Origin: an uncultured Acidobacteriota bacterium
Lineage (GTDB): Bacteria; Acidobacteriota; Thermoanaerobaculia; Multivoradales; SZUA-115
Assembly: GCA_963805975.1 (NCBI GenBank)
Contig: CAWDVR010000002.1
Location: forward strand, 1,182,781-1,246,780
Reading direction: 5' to 3'
Length of the DNA: 64,000 nucleotides
The notes beneath the pieces were generated by a model that was given only the letters and a program-made list of their open reading frames with translations, ran no database searches and was not told the DNA's origin. Shown here piece after piece: positions 1-10,525 of this stretch. A program made the translations under genes and the position numbers. Within the stretch, counting starts at the first letter, position 1. Each line of letters opens with the position of its first letter.

Positions 1-374
1 GCGAGCTCTCCGTCTTCTGCGGCGCGATGGTGGGGGCGAGCCTCGGCTTCCTGTGGTTCAACGCCCACCCGGCCGAGGTCTTCATGGGCGACGTGGGCTC
101 GCTCGCCATCGGCGGCGCCATCGGCACGGTGGCGGTGGTCTCCAAGCAGGAGATCGTGCTGGTGCTGGTGGGCGGCCTCTTCGTGCTCGAGGCCCTGTCG
201 GTGATCCTCCAGGTCGCCTCCTTCAAGCTCACCGGCAAGCGCGTGCTGCGCATGGCCCCGCTGCACCACCATTTCGAGCTCGCCGGCTGGTCGGAGCCCA
301 AGATCATCGTGCGCTTCTGGATCCTGGCCGTGCTCTTTGCCCTGGTCTCTCTTTCGACCCTCAAGCTGCGATGA
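1..374 (+). CDS. mraY: Phospho-N-acetylmuramoyl-pentapeptide transferase, C-terminal part (truncated by window start)
   Basis: Motifs [18 protein letters not shown] and [11 protein letters not shown]; lies directly upstream of murD. Confidence 0.97.
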   Translation, partial: ELSVFCGAMVGASLGFLWFNAHPAEVFMGDVGSLAIGGAIGTVAVVSKQEIVLVLVGGLFVLEALSVILQVASFKLTGKRVLRMAPLHHHFELAGWSEPKIIVRFWILAVLFALVSLSTLKLR

Positions 375-1786
375 GCGACGCGACCTCCTTCTCCCCCACA
401 CCGCTCTCCGTGCCCTGGAGCCCGGAGCCGTGGCGGCGCGTGCTGGTGATGGGCCTCGGGCTCTCCGGCACCTCGGCGGCACGGTTTCTTCTCGACCGCG
501 GCGTCGCGGTGCTCGGCGTGGACGCCAAGCCGGCGTCGGCGCTCGAGCTGGGAGACCTCGCGGACCGCCCCGGCTTCGAGCTCGCCGCGGGCGAGCCGCC
601 GGCGCTCCCGCCCGGCATCGACGGCGTGGTGCTCTCCCCCGGCGTGCCGCCGGACCGGCCCCTGCTGCTCGACGCGCTGCACAAGGACGTGTCGGTGGTG
701 GCCGAGGTGGAGCTGGCCTACCCCTGGCTCGACGGCCCGGTGGTGGCGATCACCGGCAGCAACGGCAAGTCCACCACCACCGCTCTCGCCGGCGCCATGA
801 TCGCCGCCTCCGGGGTTCGGGTCGAGGTCTGCGGCAACATCGGCGAGCCGCTGACCGGCAAGGTCGAGGGGCCGGCGGGGCGGGTCTTCGTGGTCGAGCT
901 GTCGAGCTTCCAGCTCGAGTGCATCGACACTTTCCACGCGCAGGCCGCGGCGCTGCTCAACCTGGCGCCCGACCATCTCGACCGCTACCCCGACCTCGAG
1001 TCCTACGGCGCCACCAAGCGGCGGATCTTCCACCACCAGGGCAAGGACGGCGTCGCGGTGCTCAACGCCGACGATCCCTGGGTGGCCGAGACCCCGACCC
1101 TCGCCGCGCGGCGGCGCCTGTTCTCGCGCCTCGCACCGGTCGAGGACGGCTGCTACCTCGACGGCGACCGGGTCATGGAGGCGAGCCCGGAGCACGAGCC
1201 GCGTGTGCTCTTCCAGGTTGCCGACCTGCCGCTCGCCGGCGTCCACAACCTCGAGAACGCGATGGCGGCGGCGCTCCTTGCGATCACGATGGGCGCCCTC
1301 CCGGAGCACCTCCGGGCGGCGCTCACGAGCTTCCGCGGCCTGCCGCACCGTCTGGAGAAGTTTGCCGAGGTGGGCGGTGTCGGCTTCTACGACGATTCCA
1401 AGGGCACCAACCCGGCGGCGACGCTCAAGTCGCTCGAGGGGTTCAAGGACGGCAGCGTCCTCCTCATCCTCGGCGGGCGCAACAAGGGCGCCAACCCGGC
1501 GGACCTGGCGCTGATGGTGGCGCGCAAGGCGCGGCGGCTCTATTTCATCGGCGAGGCGGAGCAGGAGTTCGCGGCGGTATTGGGACGGATCGCCGAGAGC
1601 GAGCGCTGCGGAACGCTCGAGCGCGCGGTCGCCGCCGCGGTGTCGATCGCGCGCCACGGCGAGGTGGTGCTGCTCTCCCCCGCCTGTGCGAGCTTCGACC
1701 AGTTCAGGAACTTCGCCGACCGCGGCGAGCAGTTCCAGCGCCTGGTGCGCGAGGCCCTGGCGCAGAAGGGCGGGCGCCATGGCTAA
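371..1786 (+). CDS. murD: UDP-N-acetylmuramoyl-L-alanine--D-glutamate ligase
   Basis: [50 protein letters not shown]; ATG at 371 overlaps the mraY stop (ATGA). Confidence 0.96.
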   Translation: MSDATSFSPTPLSVPWSPEPWRRVLVMGLGLSGTSAARFLLDRGVAVLGVDAKPASALELGDLADRPGFELAAGEPPALPPGIDGVVLSPGVPPDRPLLLDALHKDVSVVAEVELAYPWLDGPVVAITGSNGKSTTTALAGAMIAASGVRVEVCGNIGEPLTGKVEGPAGRVFVVELSSFQLECIDTFHAQAAALLNLAPDHLDRYPDLESYGATKRRIFHHQGKDGVAVLNADDPWVAETPTLAARRRLFSRLAPVEDGCYLDGDRVMEASPEHEPRVLFQVADLPLAGVHNLENAMAAALLAITMGALPEHLRAALTSFRGLPHRLEKFAEVGGVGFYDDSKGTNPAATLKSLEGFKDGSVLLILGGRNKGANPADLALMVARKARRLYFIGEAEQEFAAVLGRIAESERCGTLERAVAAAVSIARHGEVVLLSPACASFDQFRNFADRGEQFQRLVREALAQKGGRHG

Positions 1787-2873
1787 GAAGCTCGCCTTCG
1801 ACAAGGTGCTGTTCACCACCGTGGTGATGCTGGTGGTCTTCGGCCTGGTGATGGTGTACTCGGCGAGCGCCGGCATGGCCCAGAGCTCGGGGCTGGCGAG
1901 CGGCGGCTTCAACCCCTTCTTCGTGCGCCAGTTCGCGGCGGCGGTGATCGGCTTCGGCGCCATGGCGGTCGCCATGCACGTGCCCTACCGCATGATGCGC
2001 AAGGAAGCCCTGATCTACGCCCTGGTGGCGGCGGCCGTGGTGCTGCTGCTTGCAGTGCTCACCCAGCCGGCGATCAACGGCTCGCGGCGCTGGTTCCTGC
2101 TGGGACCGATCATGGTGCAGGCCTCGGAGCTGGCGAAGCTCGCGGTGCTGGCTTTTCTCGCCTACCAGATCGACCTCCACGACGAGGAAGTGAATCAGCG
2201 CGAGTTCCTGGTGCCGACGCTCTTCGTGCTCGGCCTGGTGGGGGCCCTGATCCTCGCCGGCCGCGACCTCGGCACCACGGTCCTTCTCCTCGCCGTGGCC
2301 GCGATCCTGATCTTCGTCGCCGGCCTGAAGTGGCGCTACGTGGCGGTCGCCGGGCTGCTGTTCGCGGCCTTCCTGTCGATCGCCATCCTCTCGGCGGACT
2401 ACCGCAAGGCGCGCTTCCTCGCGTTCGTCGACCCCGAGGCCGACCCGCGCGGCAACGGCTACCAGGCGCAGCAGTCGCTGATCGCCGTGGGCTCGGGCGG
2501 GGTGCTGGGGCGCGGGCAGGGCGCCAGCCTGCAGAAGCTCTACTACTTGCCGCACCCGGAATCGGACTTCATCTACTCGATCGTCGCCGAGGAGCTGGGG
2601 CTGGTGGGCGCGCTCGCCGTGCTGGCCGGCTTCGGCGTGCTGCTCTGGCGCGGCGTCAAGGCCGGGGTCGGCGCGCCCGACCGCTTCGGCCGCTATTTGG
2701 CTCTCGGTCTAACCTGCCTGCTGGTGGTGCAGGGGCTGATCAACGTCGGCGTCGCCATCGCCATCCTGCCCACCAAGGGCATTCCGCTGCCCTTCGTCTC
2801 CTACGGCGGCTCGGCCCTGGTGGTGGCGATGGCGCTCTCCGGCGTGCTGCTCAACGTGTCGGAGCACGGATGA
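1779..2873 (+). CDS. ftsW: Peptidoglycan glycosyltransferase FtsW (SEDS family)
   Basis: Multi-TM protein; GLVMVYSAS, QASELAKL, YLPHPESDFIYSIVAEELG, PTKGIPLPFVSYGGS. Confidence 0.95.
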   Translation: MAKKLAFDKVLFTTVVMLVVFGLVMVYSASAGMAQSSGLASGGFNPFFVRQFAAAVIGFGAMAVAMHVPYRMMRKEALIYALVAAAVVLLLAVLTQPAINGSRRWFLLGPIMVQASELAKLAVLAFLAYQIDLHDEEVNQREFLVPTLFVLGLVGALILAGRDLGTTVLLLAVAAILIFVAGLKWRYVAVAGLLFAAFLSIAILSADYRKARFLAFVDPEADPRGNGYQAQQSLIAVGSGGVLGRGQGASLQKLYYLPHPESDFIYSIVAEELGLVGALAVLAGFGVLLWRGVKAGVGAPDRFGRYLALGLTCLLVVQGLINVGVAIAILPTKGIPLPFVSYGGSALVVAMALSGVLLNVSEHG

Positions 2874-2874
2874 G

Positions 2875-4056
2875 ATGGCGGTCTCTCCTTCCAGCGCCTC
2901 GCCCCGTGGTGCGGTGCTCCTCGCCGGCGGCGGTACGGGAGGCCACGTGTTCCCGGCCCTCGCCGTGGCCGCCGAGCTGGCGGCGCGGGGGTGGGCCGTG
3001 AGCCTCGCCGGCAACCGGCAGGGGATGGAGGAGCGCCTGGCTCGGGAGCACGGTGTCGCCTTCCATCCGCTCGCCGCGCGCCCGTTCCTGGGCAAGGGCA
3101 GAGTGGCGCAGGCCCTGGCGCTCGCCACCCTCGGCCGCTCGGCCCTCGCCGCCCGCGGCCTCATCCGCCGGCTGGGCGCGGGGGTGGTGATCGGCACCGG
3201 CGGCTACGCTTCGGCGCCCGCCATCCTGGGCGCACGGCTCGCCAAGCGGCCGGTGCTGCTGCTCGAGATCAACGCCCGCGCCGGCGCCGCCAACCGCTGG
3301 CTGTCGCGCCACGCGGACGCGGCGCTCCTGGCGTTCCCGGAGACGGCGCGCGAGCTCGCCTGCCCGTCCCAGGTCACCGGCACGCCGGTGCGGCCCGCGT
3401 TCTTCGCGGTGCCGCCGCTGGGCGGCCGGACGGCCGGCGTTCGGAAGACGGCTTGGCGGATCCTCGTCCTGGGCGGCAGCCAGGGCGCCAGGCAGCTCAA
3501 CGAGCTGGTGCCGCCGGCGCTCGCCGAGGTGGCGCGGGCGGCACTCGGCCGGGGAGCTCACGGCCTGGAGATCACCCACCAGTGCGGCGGCACCCAGGTG
3601 GAGGCCGCGCAGGCCGCCTACGTGGCGGCCGACGTCGCCGGCGCCCTGGTGCGGGTGACGCCTTTTCTCACCGATGTGGCGGGCGCCATGGCCGCGGCGG
3701 ACCTGGTGATCTGCCGCGCCGGCGCGATGACCGCCGCCGAGGTGGCCGCCGCCGGCCGGCCGGCCGTGTTCCTGCCGCTGGCCGCCGCCGCCGGCCACCA
3801 GGTGGACAATGCCCGGCGCCTCACCGAGGCCGGCGCCGCCCGCCTGCTCACCGGCGCCGAGGCGAGCCGCGAGACGCTGGCGGCGATGGTGGGAGAGCTC
3901 CTCGCCGACCGCGGCACGCTGGCCGCCATGGGCGAGGCGGCGCGAAAGCTGGCGCGGCCGGATGCAGCGGCGAAGATCGCCGACCAGGCCGAGATGTGGG
4001 CCGCGAGCGGTCCCCGTGCGCGCCGCAGCCGGAAGCCGGCAGAGGCCCGGCCATGA
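2875..4056 (+). CDS. murG: Lipid II GlcNAc transferase MurG
   Basis: GGGTGGHVFP, GTGGYAS, GGSQGAR, CRAGAMT, HQVDNA. Confidence 0.96.
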   Translation: MAVSPSSASPRGAVLLAGGGTGGHVFPALAVAAELAARGWAVSLAGNRQGMEERLAREHGVAFHPLAARPFLGKGRVAQALALATLGRSALAARGLIRRLGAGVVIGTGGYASAPAILGARLAKRPVLLLEINARAGAANRWLSRHADAALLAFPETARELACPSQVTGTPVRPAFFAVPPLGGRTAGVRKTAWRILVLGGSQGARQLNELVPPALAEVARAALGRGAHGLEITHQCGGTQVEAAQAAYVAADVAGALVRVTPFLTDVAGAMAAADLVICRAGAMTAAEVAAAGRPAVFLPLAAAAGHQVDNARRLTEAGAARLLTGAEASRETLAAMVGELLADRGTLAAMGEAARKLARPDAAAKIADQAEMWAASGPRARRSRKPAEARP

Positions 4057-5444
4057 TGTTCGGCAACATGACCGGCCTGCGCCGCATCCACTTCGTGGGC
4101 ATCGGCGGCTCCGGCATGAGCGGCATCGCCGAGGTGCTGCTCGACTACGACCTCGAGGTCTCGGGCTGCGACCAGGCGATGGGCGAGGCCACCGAGCGCC
4201 TCGAGACGCTGGGCGTGCGCATCCAGCGCGGCCACGGGGCGGAGCACCTCGACGGCGTCGACCTGGTCGTCAAGTCGTCGGCGGTGGCCGAGGACAATGC
4301 CGAGATCCGCGCCGCCCGCGACCGCGGCATCACGGTGGCGCGGCGCTCCGAGATGCTGGGCGAGCTGATGCGCCTGAAGTACGGCATCGCGGTCGCCGGC
4401 ACCCACGGCAAGACCACCACCACCTCGATGGTCGGCGCCATCCTCTCCGAGGCGGGCCTCGACCCGACGGTGATCGTCGGCGGCCGGCTGCGGGTCTCCG
4501 GCACCGGCGCGCGGCTCGGCAAGAGCGACTACCTGGTGGCCGAGGCCGACGAGTACGACCGCAGCTTCCTGCGCCTGGCGCCGATCCTGGCCGTCATCAC
4601 CTCGATCGACGCCGATCACCTCGACACCTACGGCGACCTCGCCCGCATCCAGCAGGCGTTCGTGCAGTTCGCCGACCGCGTGCCGTTCTTCGGCCGCGCC
4701 ATCGTCTGCCTGGACGACCCCAACATCCAGGCCATCCTGCCGGAGCTCAAGGACCGCCGGATGTTCACCTACGGCCTCGGCCCCCAGGCGGACCTGACGG
4801 CGATGGCGATCGAGGCGCACGCCGCCGGCAGCCGCTTCCTGGTGCGGCGCCTCGACCAGGGCATGCTGGGCGAGATCGATCTGCCGATGCTTGGCCGGCA
4901 CAACGTGCAGAATGCCCTCGCCGCGATTGCCGTGGGCCTGGCGCTCGAGATCCCCTTCGCCTCGATCGCCCGCGCGCTCGCCGGCTTCGGCGGCGTGCAC
5001 CGGCGCTTCGAGCAGGTGGGCAGCTTCCACGGCGCGGCGGTGGTGGACGACTACGCGCACCATCCGACGGAGGTGGCGGCGACCCTCGAGGCGGCGCGCC
5101 AGAGCTGCCCGCGAGGCCGCATCCACGCCATCTTCCAGCCCCACCTCTTCACCCGCACGCGCGACCACGCCGAGGCCTTCGGCCGCGCCCTGCTCGAAGC
5201 CGACCGCGCCACGGTGACCGACGTCTACGCCTCGCGCGAGGCGCCGATCCCCGGGGTCACGGCCGACTCGATCGTCGCCGCGGCGCGCCAGAGCGGCCAC
5301 CACCACGTGGCCTACGTGGCGGACTGGCGCGCCGTGCCCGAGCTCCTGGCGCGCGAAGTGGAGGCCGGCGATCTGGTGCTGACGCTGGGTGCCGGCGACA
5401 TCTACCGCCTGGCGCGGACGCTCGCCGCGGAGAACGAGCCATGA
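4053..5444 (+). CDS. murC: UDP-N-acetylmuramate--L-alanine ligase
   Basis: IHFVGIGGSGMSGIA, AGTHGKTTTTS, EADEYD, DDYAHHPTE, FQPH; ATGA overlap with murG. Confidence 0.97.
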   Translation: MMFGNMTGLRRIHFVGIGGSGMSGIAEVLLDYDLEVSGCDQAMGEATERLETLGVRIQRGHGAEHLDGVDLVVKSSAVAEDNAEIRAARDRGITVARRSEMLGELMRLKYGIAVAGTHGKTTTTSMVGAILSEAGLDPTVIVGGRLRVSGTGARLGKSDYLVAEADEYDRSFLRLAPILAVITSIDADHLDTYGDLARIQQAFVQFADRVPFFGRAIVCLDDPNIQAILPELKDRRMFTYGLGPQADLTAMAIEAHAAGSRFLVRRLDQGMLGEIDLPMLGRHNVQNALAAIAVGLALEIPFASIARALAGFGGVHRRFEQVGSFHGAAVVDDYAHHPTEVAATLEAARQSCPRGRIHAIFQPHLFTRTRDHAEAFGRALLEADRATVTDVYASREAPIPGVTADSIVAAARQSGHHHVAYVADWRAVPELLAREVEAGDLVLTLGAGDIYRLARTLAAENEP

Positions 5445-6436
5445 GCGCGTTGCCGCAGCGCGCCCCGCAGCCGGTGCTCCGTGCGAGCTCCGTGACGCGG
5501 GTCTCCAGGGCGGGAGTCTCCAGGGCGGGGGTGACCCCCCTGGCGGTCTCGCCTGCGGGCGCGGACGACGCGACGCTCTTCCGCCGCATCGCCGTGGCGC
5601 CCAAACGGAAGCGTGTCAACCGCGCCGGTCGCGTGCTCCGCGTGCTGTGGAAGCCCGCGCTGGTGGTGGTGGCGCCGCTCGCCGTCGGCGGCTGGCTCTT
5701 CCACTCGCCGCTCCTCGCCCTGGGTGAGGTCGAGGTGGCGCCCAGCTCCCGGGTGCCGGCCGGCTGGGTGCGCCAGAGCCTGCAGCCCTTGGCCGGCGAG
5801 AACCTGCTCGCGCTGTCGCTCCCCGCGGTCACCTTCCGCGTCGGCCAGCATCCGTGGGTGGAAGCGGTCGAGATCCACAAGGTGCTGCCCAACCGCCTGC
5901 GCCTCGCGGTCACCGAGCGGGTGCCGGCGGCGGTCGTCGAGCGCGGCGGGCTGCGCTTCTGGGCCGCGGGCGACGGCCGCTGGATCGCGCGCTTCGAGGC
6001 CGGGGAGACGGCGGCGGGCCTGCCGCTCCTGGTCGAGCGCGTGCTGCCCGCCGTAGCGGACGCCGAGGGCGTCGCCCCGCAGTCGCCGGGGGTGCCCAAG
6101 GCGCTGGCGCTCCTGGCGGTGCTCGGCGGGGTCGAGCCGGAGTGGACGGCGAAGCTGCTGCGCGTCGAGGTGCTCGGCGACGACGACTTCGCGCTGGTCA
6201 CCGAGGCGCTGCCTTTCCCCGTGCTCTTCGCCTCCGCCGACGCGGCGGCCAAGGCGCGGCACCTGGCGCGGCTGCTGCCGGAGATCCTGCGCCGCTACGA
6301 CGAGCTGGAGCAGGTGGACCTGCGCTACTCGCGCCGCGTCGTGCTGGTGCCCACGGCGGGCAAGGCGGCCGGCGGTGAACGAGAAGTGGAACCAACAGAT
6401 TCGGACTCGAATTCAGATACCGGAGAGGTCTTCTAG
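5441..6436 (+). CDS. ftsQ: Cell division protein FtsQ/DivIB (POTRA domain)
   Basis: Single TM after a basic N-terminus; HPWVEAVEIHKVLPNRLRLAVTERVP; C-terminal VDLRY; lies between murC and ftsA. Confidence 0.88.
   Translation: MSALPQRAPQPVLRASSVTRVSRAGVSRAGVTPLAVSPAGADDATLFRRIAVAPKRKRVNRAGRVLRVLWKPALVVVAPLAVGGWLFHSPLLALGEVEVAPSSRVPAGWVRQSLQPLAGENLLALSLPAVTFRVGQHPWVEAVEIHKVLPNRLRLAVTERVPAAVVERGGLRFWAAGDGRWIARFEAGETAAGLPLLVERVLPAVADAEGVAPQSPGVPKALALLAVLGGVEPEWTAKLLRVEVLGDDDFALVTEALPFPVLFASADAAAKARHLARLLPEILRRYDELEQVDLRYSRRVVLVPTAGKAAGGEREVEPTDSDSNSDTGEVF
5501..5530 (+). repeat. 15-bp tandem duplication in ftsQ N-terminus (VSRAG-VSRAG)
   Basis: GTCTCCAGGGCGGGA followed by GTCTCCAGGGCGGGG. Confidence 0.8.
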
Positions 6437-6438
6437 CC

Positions 6439-7680
6439 ATGGCGAAGCCGCAACCGTACTACGTGGGAATTGACATCGGCTCCTCCAAGATCGGCGTGCT
6501 GGTCGGGCAACGCGATGACAAAGGCGTGCTCGAGGTCGTCGGCCGGGGCCAGGCGGACAACCGCGGCACCAGGAAGGGCAACATCATCAACGTGGACATG
6601 ACGGTGGAGGCGCTGAAGGCCGCCACCGAGGAGGCCGAGGTGATGGCCGGCGTCGAGATCTCCCGCGCCTACGTCGGCATCGCCGGCGCCGACGTGCGGA
6701 GCGTCAACGCGCGCGGCATGGTCTCGGTGGCGCGGAAGGACCGCGAGATCGGCCGCCCGGACATCAAGCGCGTGCTCGAGGCCGCGCAGTCCGCCGCCCT
6801 GCCCTCGGATCGCGAGATCCTGCACGCCATCCCGCAGGAGTTCATCGTCGACGAGCAGGGCGGGATCGGCGATCCGCTCGGCATGCTGGGGAGCCGGCTC
6901 GAGGTCACCGTGCACCTGGTGACCGGCAACACCTCGCGCTCGAAGACGCTCCTCACCTCGATCAACCGCGCCGGCATCGAGGTGGTGGAGCTGGTCTTCG
7001 AGCCGCTGGCGACCGCCGAGGCCGTGCTCACCGCCGACGAGCGCGAGCTCGGCGTGCTGCTGCTCGACATCGGCGCCGGCACCTCGGAGTACGCGCTGCT
7101 TGCCGACGGCGAGGTCTACCACTCGGGCGTGCTGCCGATCGGCGCCGGCCACTTCACCAACGACCTCGCCATGGTGCTGCGCACGCCGTTCGCCGAGGCC
7201 GAGAAGATCAAGATCAAGCGCGGCTGCTGTCTCGCCGGGCTGGTGTCCGAGGAGGAGGGCATCTCGGTGCCCACCGTCGCCGGCGGCTCGACGCGGGTCA
7301 TCCCGCGACGCGAGCTGGCCTCGATCCTCCAGCCGCGGGCCGAGGAGCTGTTCCACCTGGTCAAGGAAGATCTCAAGAAGCACGGCTTCGAGGAGAGCCC
7401 GCGGGGCGGCGTGGTGCTGACCGGCGGCGGCTCGAAGCTCGACGGCCTGCTCGAGATGGCGGAGCAGATCTTCGACGCCGGCGTGCGCTTCGGGCTGCCC
7501 CGCGGCCTGGGCGGGCTGGTGGACGTCATCAGCTCGCCGGCCTGGGCCACCTGCTCGGGCCTGCTGCTCTACGCGGTGGCGGCCGAGGCGCGCGAGGACA
7601 AGAGCCGCCAGCGCTCCGGCGGCTTCTCCGTGCGCGGCATGGTGTCGAGTCTCAAGGGCATGTTCTCCGACCTGCTGTAG
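6439..7680 (+). CDS. ftsA: Cell division protein FtsA
   Basis: [36 protein letters not shown]; amphipathic C-terminus. Confidence 0.97.
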   Translation: MAKPQPYYVGIDIGSSKIGVLVGQRDDKGVLEVVGRGQADNRGTRKGNIINVDMTVEALKAATEEAEVMAGVEISRAYVGIAGADVRSVNARGMVSVARKDREIGRPDIKRVLEAAQSAALPSDREILHAIPQEFIVDEQGGIGDPLGMLGSRLEVTVHLVTGNTSRSKTLLTSINRAGIEVVELVFEPLATAEAVLTADERELGVLLLDIGAGTSEYALLADGEVYHSGVLPIGAGHFTNDLAMVLRTPFAEAEKIKIKRGCCLAGLVSEEEGISVPTVAGGSTRVIPRRELASILQPRAEELFHLVKEDLKKHGFEESPRGGVVLTGGGSKLDGLLEMAEQIFDAGVRFGLPRGLGGLVDVISSPAWATCSGLLLYAVAAEAREDKSRQRSGGFSVRGMVSSLKGMFSDLL

Positions 7681-7709
7681 ACCGAGTTAGAACCGACAAG
7701 GGGGTCACC

Positions 7710-9041
7710 ATGATTCTGTTCGACGAAGAGCACCAGCCCGCGGCCGAGCACCTGGCCGTGACCCTGCCGGACCGCGATGCCGCGCCGGCGAGAATCCGCG
7801 TGGTGGGGGTCGGCGGCGGCGGCGGCAACGCCGTCAACCGCATGATCGACACCAACCTGGGCGGCATCGAGTTCATCGCCGCCAACACCGATCTCCAGGC
7901 GCTGCGCAAGTGCCGGGCGCCGGCCAAGCTGCAGATCGGCGACCTCCTGACCAAGGGCCTCGGCGCCGGCGCCGACCCCGAAGTGGGCCGGAAGGCGGCG
8001 CTCGAGGACACCGAGCGCATCCTCGAGATGCTGGACGGCGCCGACATGGTGTTCCTGACCGCCGGCCTGGGCGGCGGCACCGGCAGCGGCGCGGCGCCGA
8101 TCATCGCCTCGCTGGCGGCCGAGATCGGCGCCCTGACCGTGGCGGTGGTGACCAAGCCCTTCGCCTTCGAGGGCAAGCGCCGCATGCAGCTCGCGGAGCG
8201 CGCCATCGAAGAGCTGCGCGGCGCGGTCGACACCCTGATCACCATCCCCAACGAGCGCCTGCTCTCCTTCGTCGAGCGCGGCACGCCGCTCTCGGAGGCC
8301 TTCCGCATCGCCGACGACGTGCTGCGCCAGGCGGTGCAGGGGATCTCCGACCTGATCACCATCCCCGGCGAGGTGAACGTCGACTTCGCCGACCTGCGCA
8401 CCATCATGAAGGGCATGGGCATGGCGCTGATGGGCACCGGCGTCGCCAAGGGCGACAGCCGCGCCATCGAGGCGGCGCAGCGGGCGATCTCCTCGCCGCT
8501 GCTCGAGGAGACCTCGATCCAGGGCGCCAGGGGCGTGCTGATCAACATCTCGGGCGGCAACGACATGACGCTGCACGAGGTCGCGGAGGCGGCGCGCATC
8601 ATCTCCGAGGCGGTGGACGCCGATGCCAACATCATCTCCGGCATGGTGATCGACCCGTTGCTCGAGGACTCGATGAAGGTGACGGTGATCGCCACCGGCT
8701 TCGAGCCCGGCAGCTCCCAGCGCAACGCCAACGCGGTGGCCGCCTTCCGGGTGCGCCCGCCGGTGGGCAATGCGCCGCAGCCGGTGGCGGCGCCCCGGCT
8801 CGGAGCGCCGGCCTCGCCCGCGTTCGGGGCACCGGCCCCGGCTCCCGCACGCTTCGCCGCGCCGGCCGCGAGGCCGGAGGCGGCCGAGAGCGAATACGGC
8901 GACGACCCGGCCGACGTGCCCTTCTACCGCAAGGTTCTCGCCGCCGCGCGCGGCGGTAACGATCCCGGGAGCTTCGGTCCCAACTGGTCCAACGTGGACG
9001 ACTACGACATCCCGACCGTGCTCCGCAAGCAGATGGACTGA
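7710..9041 (+). CDS. ftsZ: Cell division protein FtsZ
   Basis: [29 protein letters not shown]; C-terminal DIPTVLRK. Confidence 0.98.
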   Translation: MILFDEEHQPAAEHLAVTLPDRDAAPARIRVVGVGGGGGNAVNRMIDTNLGGIEFIAANTDLQALRKCRAPAKLQIGDLLTKGLGAGADPEVGRKAALEDTERILEMLDGADMVFLTAGLGGGTGSGAAPIIASLAAEIGALTVAVVTKPFAFEGKRRMQLAERAIEELRGAVDTLITIPNERLLSFVERGTPLSEAFRIADDVLRQAVQGISDLITIPGEVNVDFADLRTIMKGMGMALMGTGVAKGDSRAIEAAQRAISSPLLEETSIQGARGVLINISGGNDMTLHEVAEAARIISEAVDADANIISGMVIDPLLEDSMKVTVIATGFEPGSSQRNANAVAAFRVRPPVGNAPQPVAAPRLGAPASPAFGAPAPAPARFAAPAARPEAAESEYGDDPADVPFYRKVLAAARGGNDPGSFGPNWSNVDDYDIPTVLRKQMD

Positions 9042-9045
9042 CGGT

Positions 9046-9141
9046 CCGGGGCCCCCTGGACAGATCCTGGGGCCCCGGCCTAGCAGCCAGAAGTACCGAC
9101 CCCCTTGCATGGCGGCCGGCTCGTCCCGGCCGCCTCTTTTT
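9046..9141 (+). terminator. Two hairpins after ftsZ; the second is an intrinsic terminator
   Basis: CCGGGGCCCC..GGGGCCCCGG (9046-9078); GGCGGCCGG-CTCGTC-CCGGCCGCC followed by TCTTTTT (9111-9141). Confidence 0.8.
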
Positions 9142-9192
9142 CACGCCGTTCTCTCTCCACGGGCCACAGAATCGCCATAGTTCGATGGCACC

Positions 9193-9780
9193 ATGAGCCG
9201 AGCGCCCATGCGTCTCCTCCGCTTTCACTCCCGCCGCGAGCGCAATCTCTGGCTCCTGGCCGCCGGCTACACGCTGGTCCTCTACTCGACCCTCGCCCTG
9301 GTGCGAGGGCTCACCAACTTCCTGCGCCCGCGCGGTCTCCTGCGACCGACACTCTGGGTCCTCCTGGCGGGCGCCGTCGTCGCGGCAGTGGTCTGGATTC
9401 TCCGCGGCCGGCCCAGGGCGCGGGAGTGGGCCGTCCTGGGCCTGGTCGCCCTGGGCTACCTCCTGGTCATCCCTCTCGCCCGAGCGCCCGAGGAGAAGTT
9501 CCACCTCCTCGAGTATGGCCTCCTGGCCGGCGTGATCTACGCCGCGCTCTCCGAGCGCCGCGCCGCCTTGTCCGAGCCCACGCCCTCTTTCTTCCTCCGC
9601 CATCTGCCGCTCACCGCCTTTCTCCTCACCGCCGCCCTCGGCTTCCTCGACGAGCTCCTCCAAGGCCTCCTCCCCAGCCGCTACTACGACACCCGGGACG
9701 TGCTCCTCAACGCCCTCGCCGGAGGCCTGGTGATCGCGGCGCTCGCGGGCAGGGAGTGGGCGCGCCGGCGAGCGCTCTGA
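9193..9780 (+). CDS. VanZ-family membrane protein
   Basis: EEKFHLLEYGLL, GFLDELLQGLLPSRYYDTRDVLLNALAG; multiple TMs. Confidence 0.85.
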   Translation: MSRAPMRLLRFHSRRERNLWLLAAGYTLVLYSTLALVRGLTNFLRPRGLLRPTLWVLLAGAVVAAVVWILRGRPRAREWAVLGLVALGYLLVIPLARAPEEKFHLLEYGLLAGVIYAALSERRAALSEPTPSFFLRHLPLTAFLLTAALGFLDELLQGLLPSRYYDTRDVLLNALAGGLVIAALAGREWARRRAL

Positions 9781-10124
9781 TCCGGCGGCCGACGGCTGCA
9801 AGCGTTGTCGGCCCGAATCCCTTCTGAGAGACGAGATTCGCCAGACCCGGGCGAACGCGCGCGGCAGGCGAGTTATCATTGAGCGCTACTTGGTACCTTC
9901 TTCCGAAACAGATTTCGAGATGCGTATCAGATCGAGACCTTCGGATCCTTCGTAGGGAAACTGGGTCGTTCCGGCAATTTAGGGCGTCGGCCATAGGCCG
10001 GCTCTTCCGCTCGTCGGAAAGCTCGCGGCCAAGCCGCTGCTCCACAGCAGGAACTCCGCGTGTCACGCCTGCCCTCTCGGCGGCACCAAGACTCTTGAAG
10101 TCGATAGAAAGGAGTTTCTACACA

Positions 10125-10523
10125 GTGAAAAGTCGAGCTCGGCTCTTGATCGGGGGATTGTTCTGGATCTTGGTGCTCGGCGCGGCCTTCGAGGAAAGGC
10201 TCTCGGCCGCCTGCGAGGACTGCTATGAGTGCAACACCCACGTCGGCGGCCTGGGAAGTTCGGCGGAGTGCTGCTCCGGCGGCCGGTGCCAGGTGCTGGC
10301 CAATGACGACCACTGTTTCCAGGTCAAGGACAACGTCCAGGACTGTGCAACCTCGGCGCCCTGGTGGCAGCCAGAGTTCGAGCACTGCACGGGCAGCACG
10401 CCCTGCGGGGCCGCGGGCGGCGGCTCGGGCGGCGGTGCCGGGGGCGATGGATGCGGCTATCAGCCTGGCGGCTTCTGCCCCGCCTCCTGCATGAGCTGCT
10501 CGGGCGGCCCCTACTGGTACTGA
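10125..10523 (+). CDS. Secreted cysteine-rich small protein (132 aa, 14 Cys, Gly linker)
   Basis: AAGGAG RBS then GTG at 10125; signal-peptide-like N-terminus; CEDCYEC...CC... domain, GGGSGGGAGG linker, C-terminal CPASCMSC. Confidence 0.75.
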   Translation: MKSRARLLIGGLFWILVLGAAFEERLSAACEDCYECNTHVGGLGSSAECCSGGRCQVLANDDHCFQVKDNVQDCATSAPWWQPEFEHCTGSTPCGAAGGGSGGGAGGDGCGYQPGGFCPASCMSCSGGPYWY

Positions 10524-10525
10524 CC

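Noticed and set aside
9781-10120. Possible ncRNA or riboswitch in the AT-richer intergenic region
   Set aside because: Only one hairpin (9787-9813, likely a terminator-type stem) is evident; no recognisable Rfam motif by eye.
10125-10523. Cys-rich peptide as a RiPP precursor (ranthipeptide, lanthipeptide) or ferredoxin
   Set aside because: No radical SAM, LanM, YcaO or peptidase-transporter gene is adjacent, and it has a Sec-type signal peptide; disulfide bonding is more plausible.
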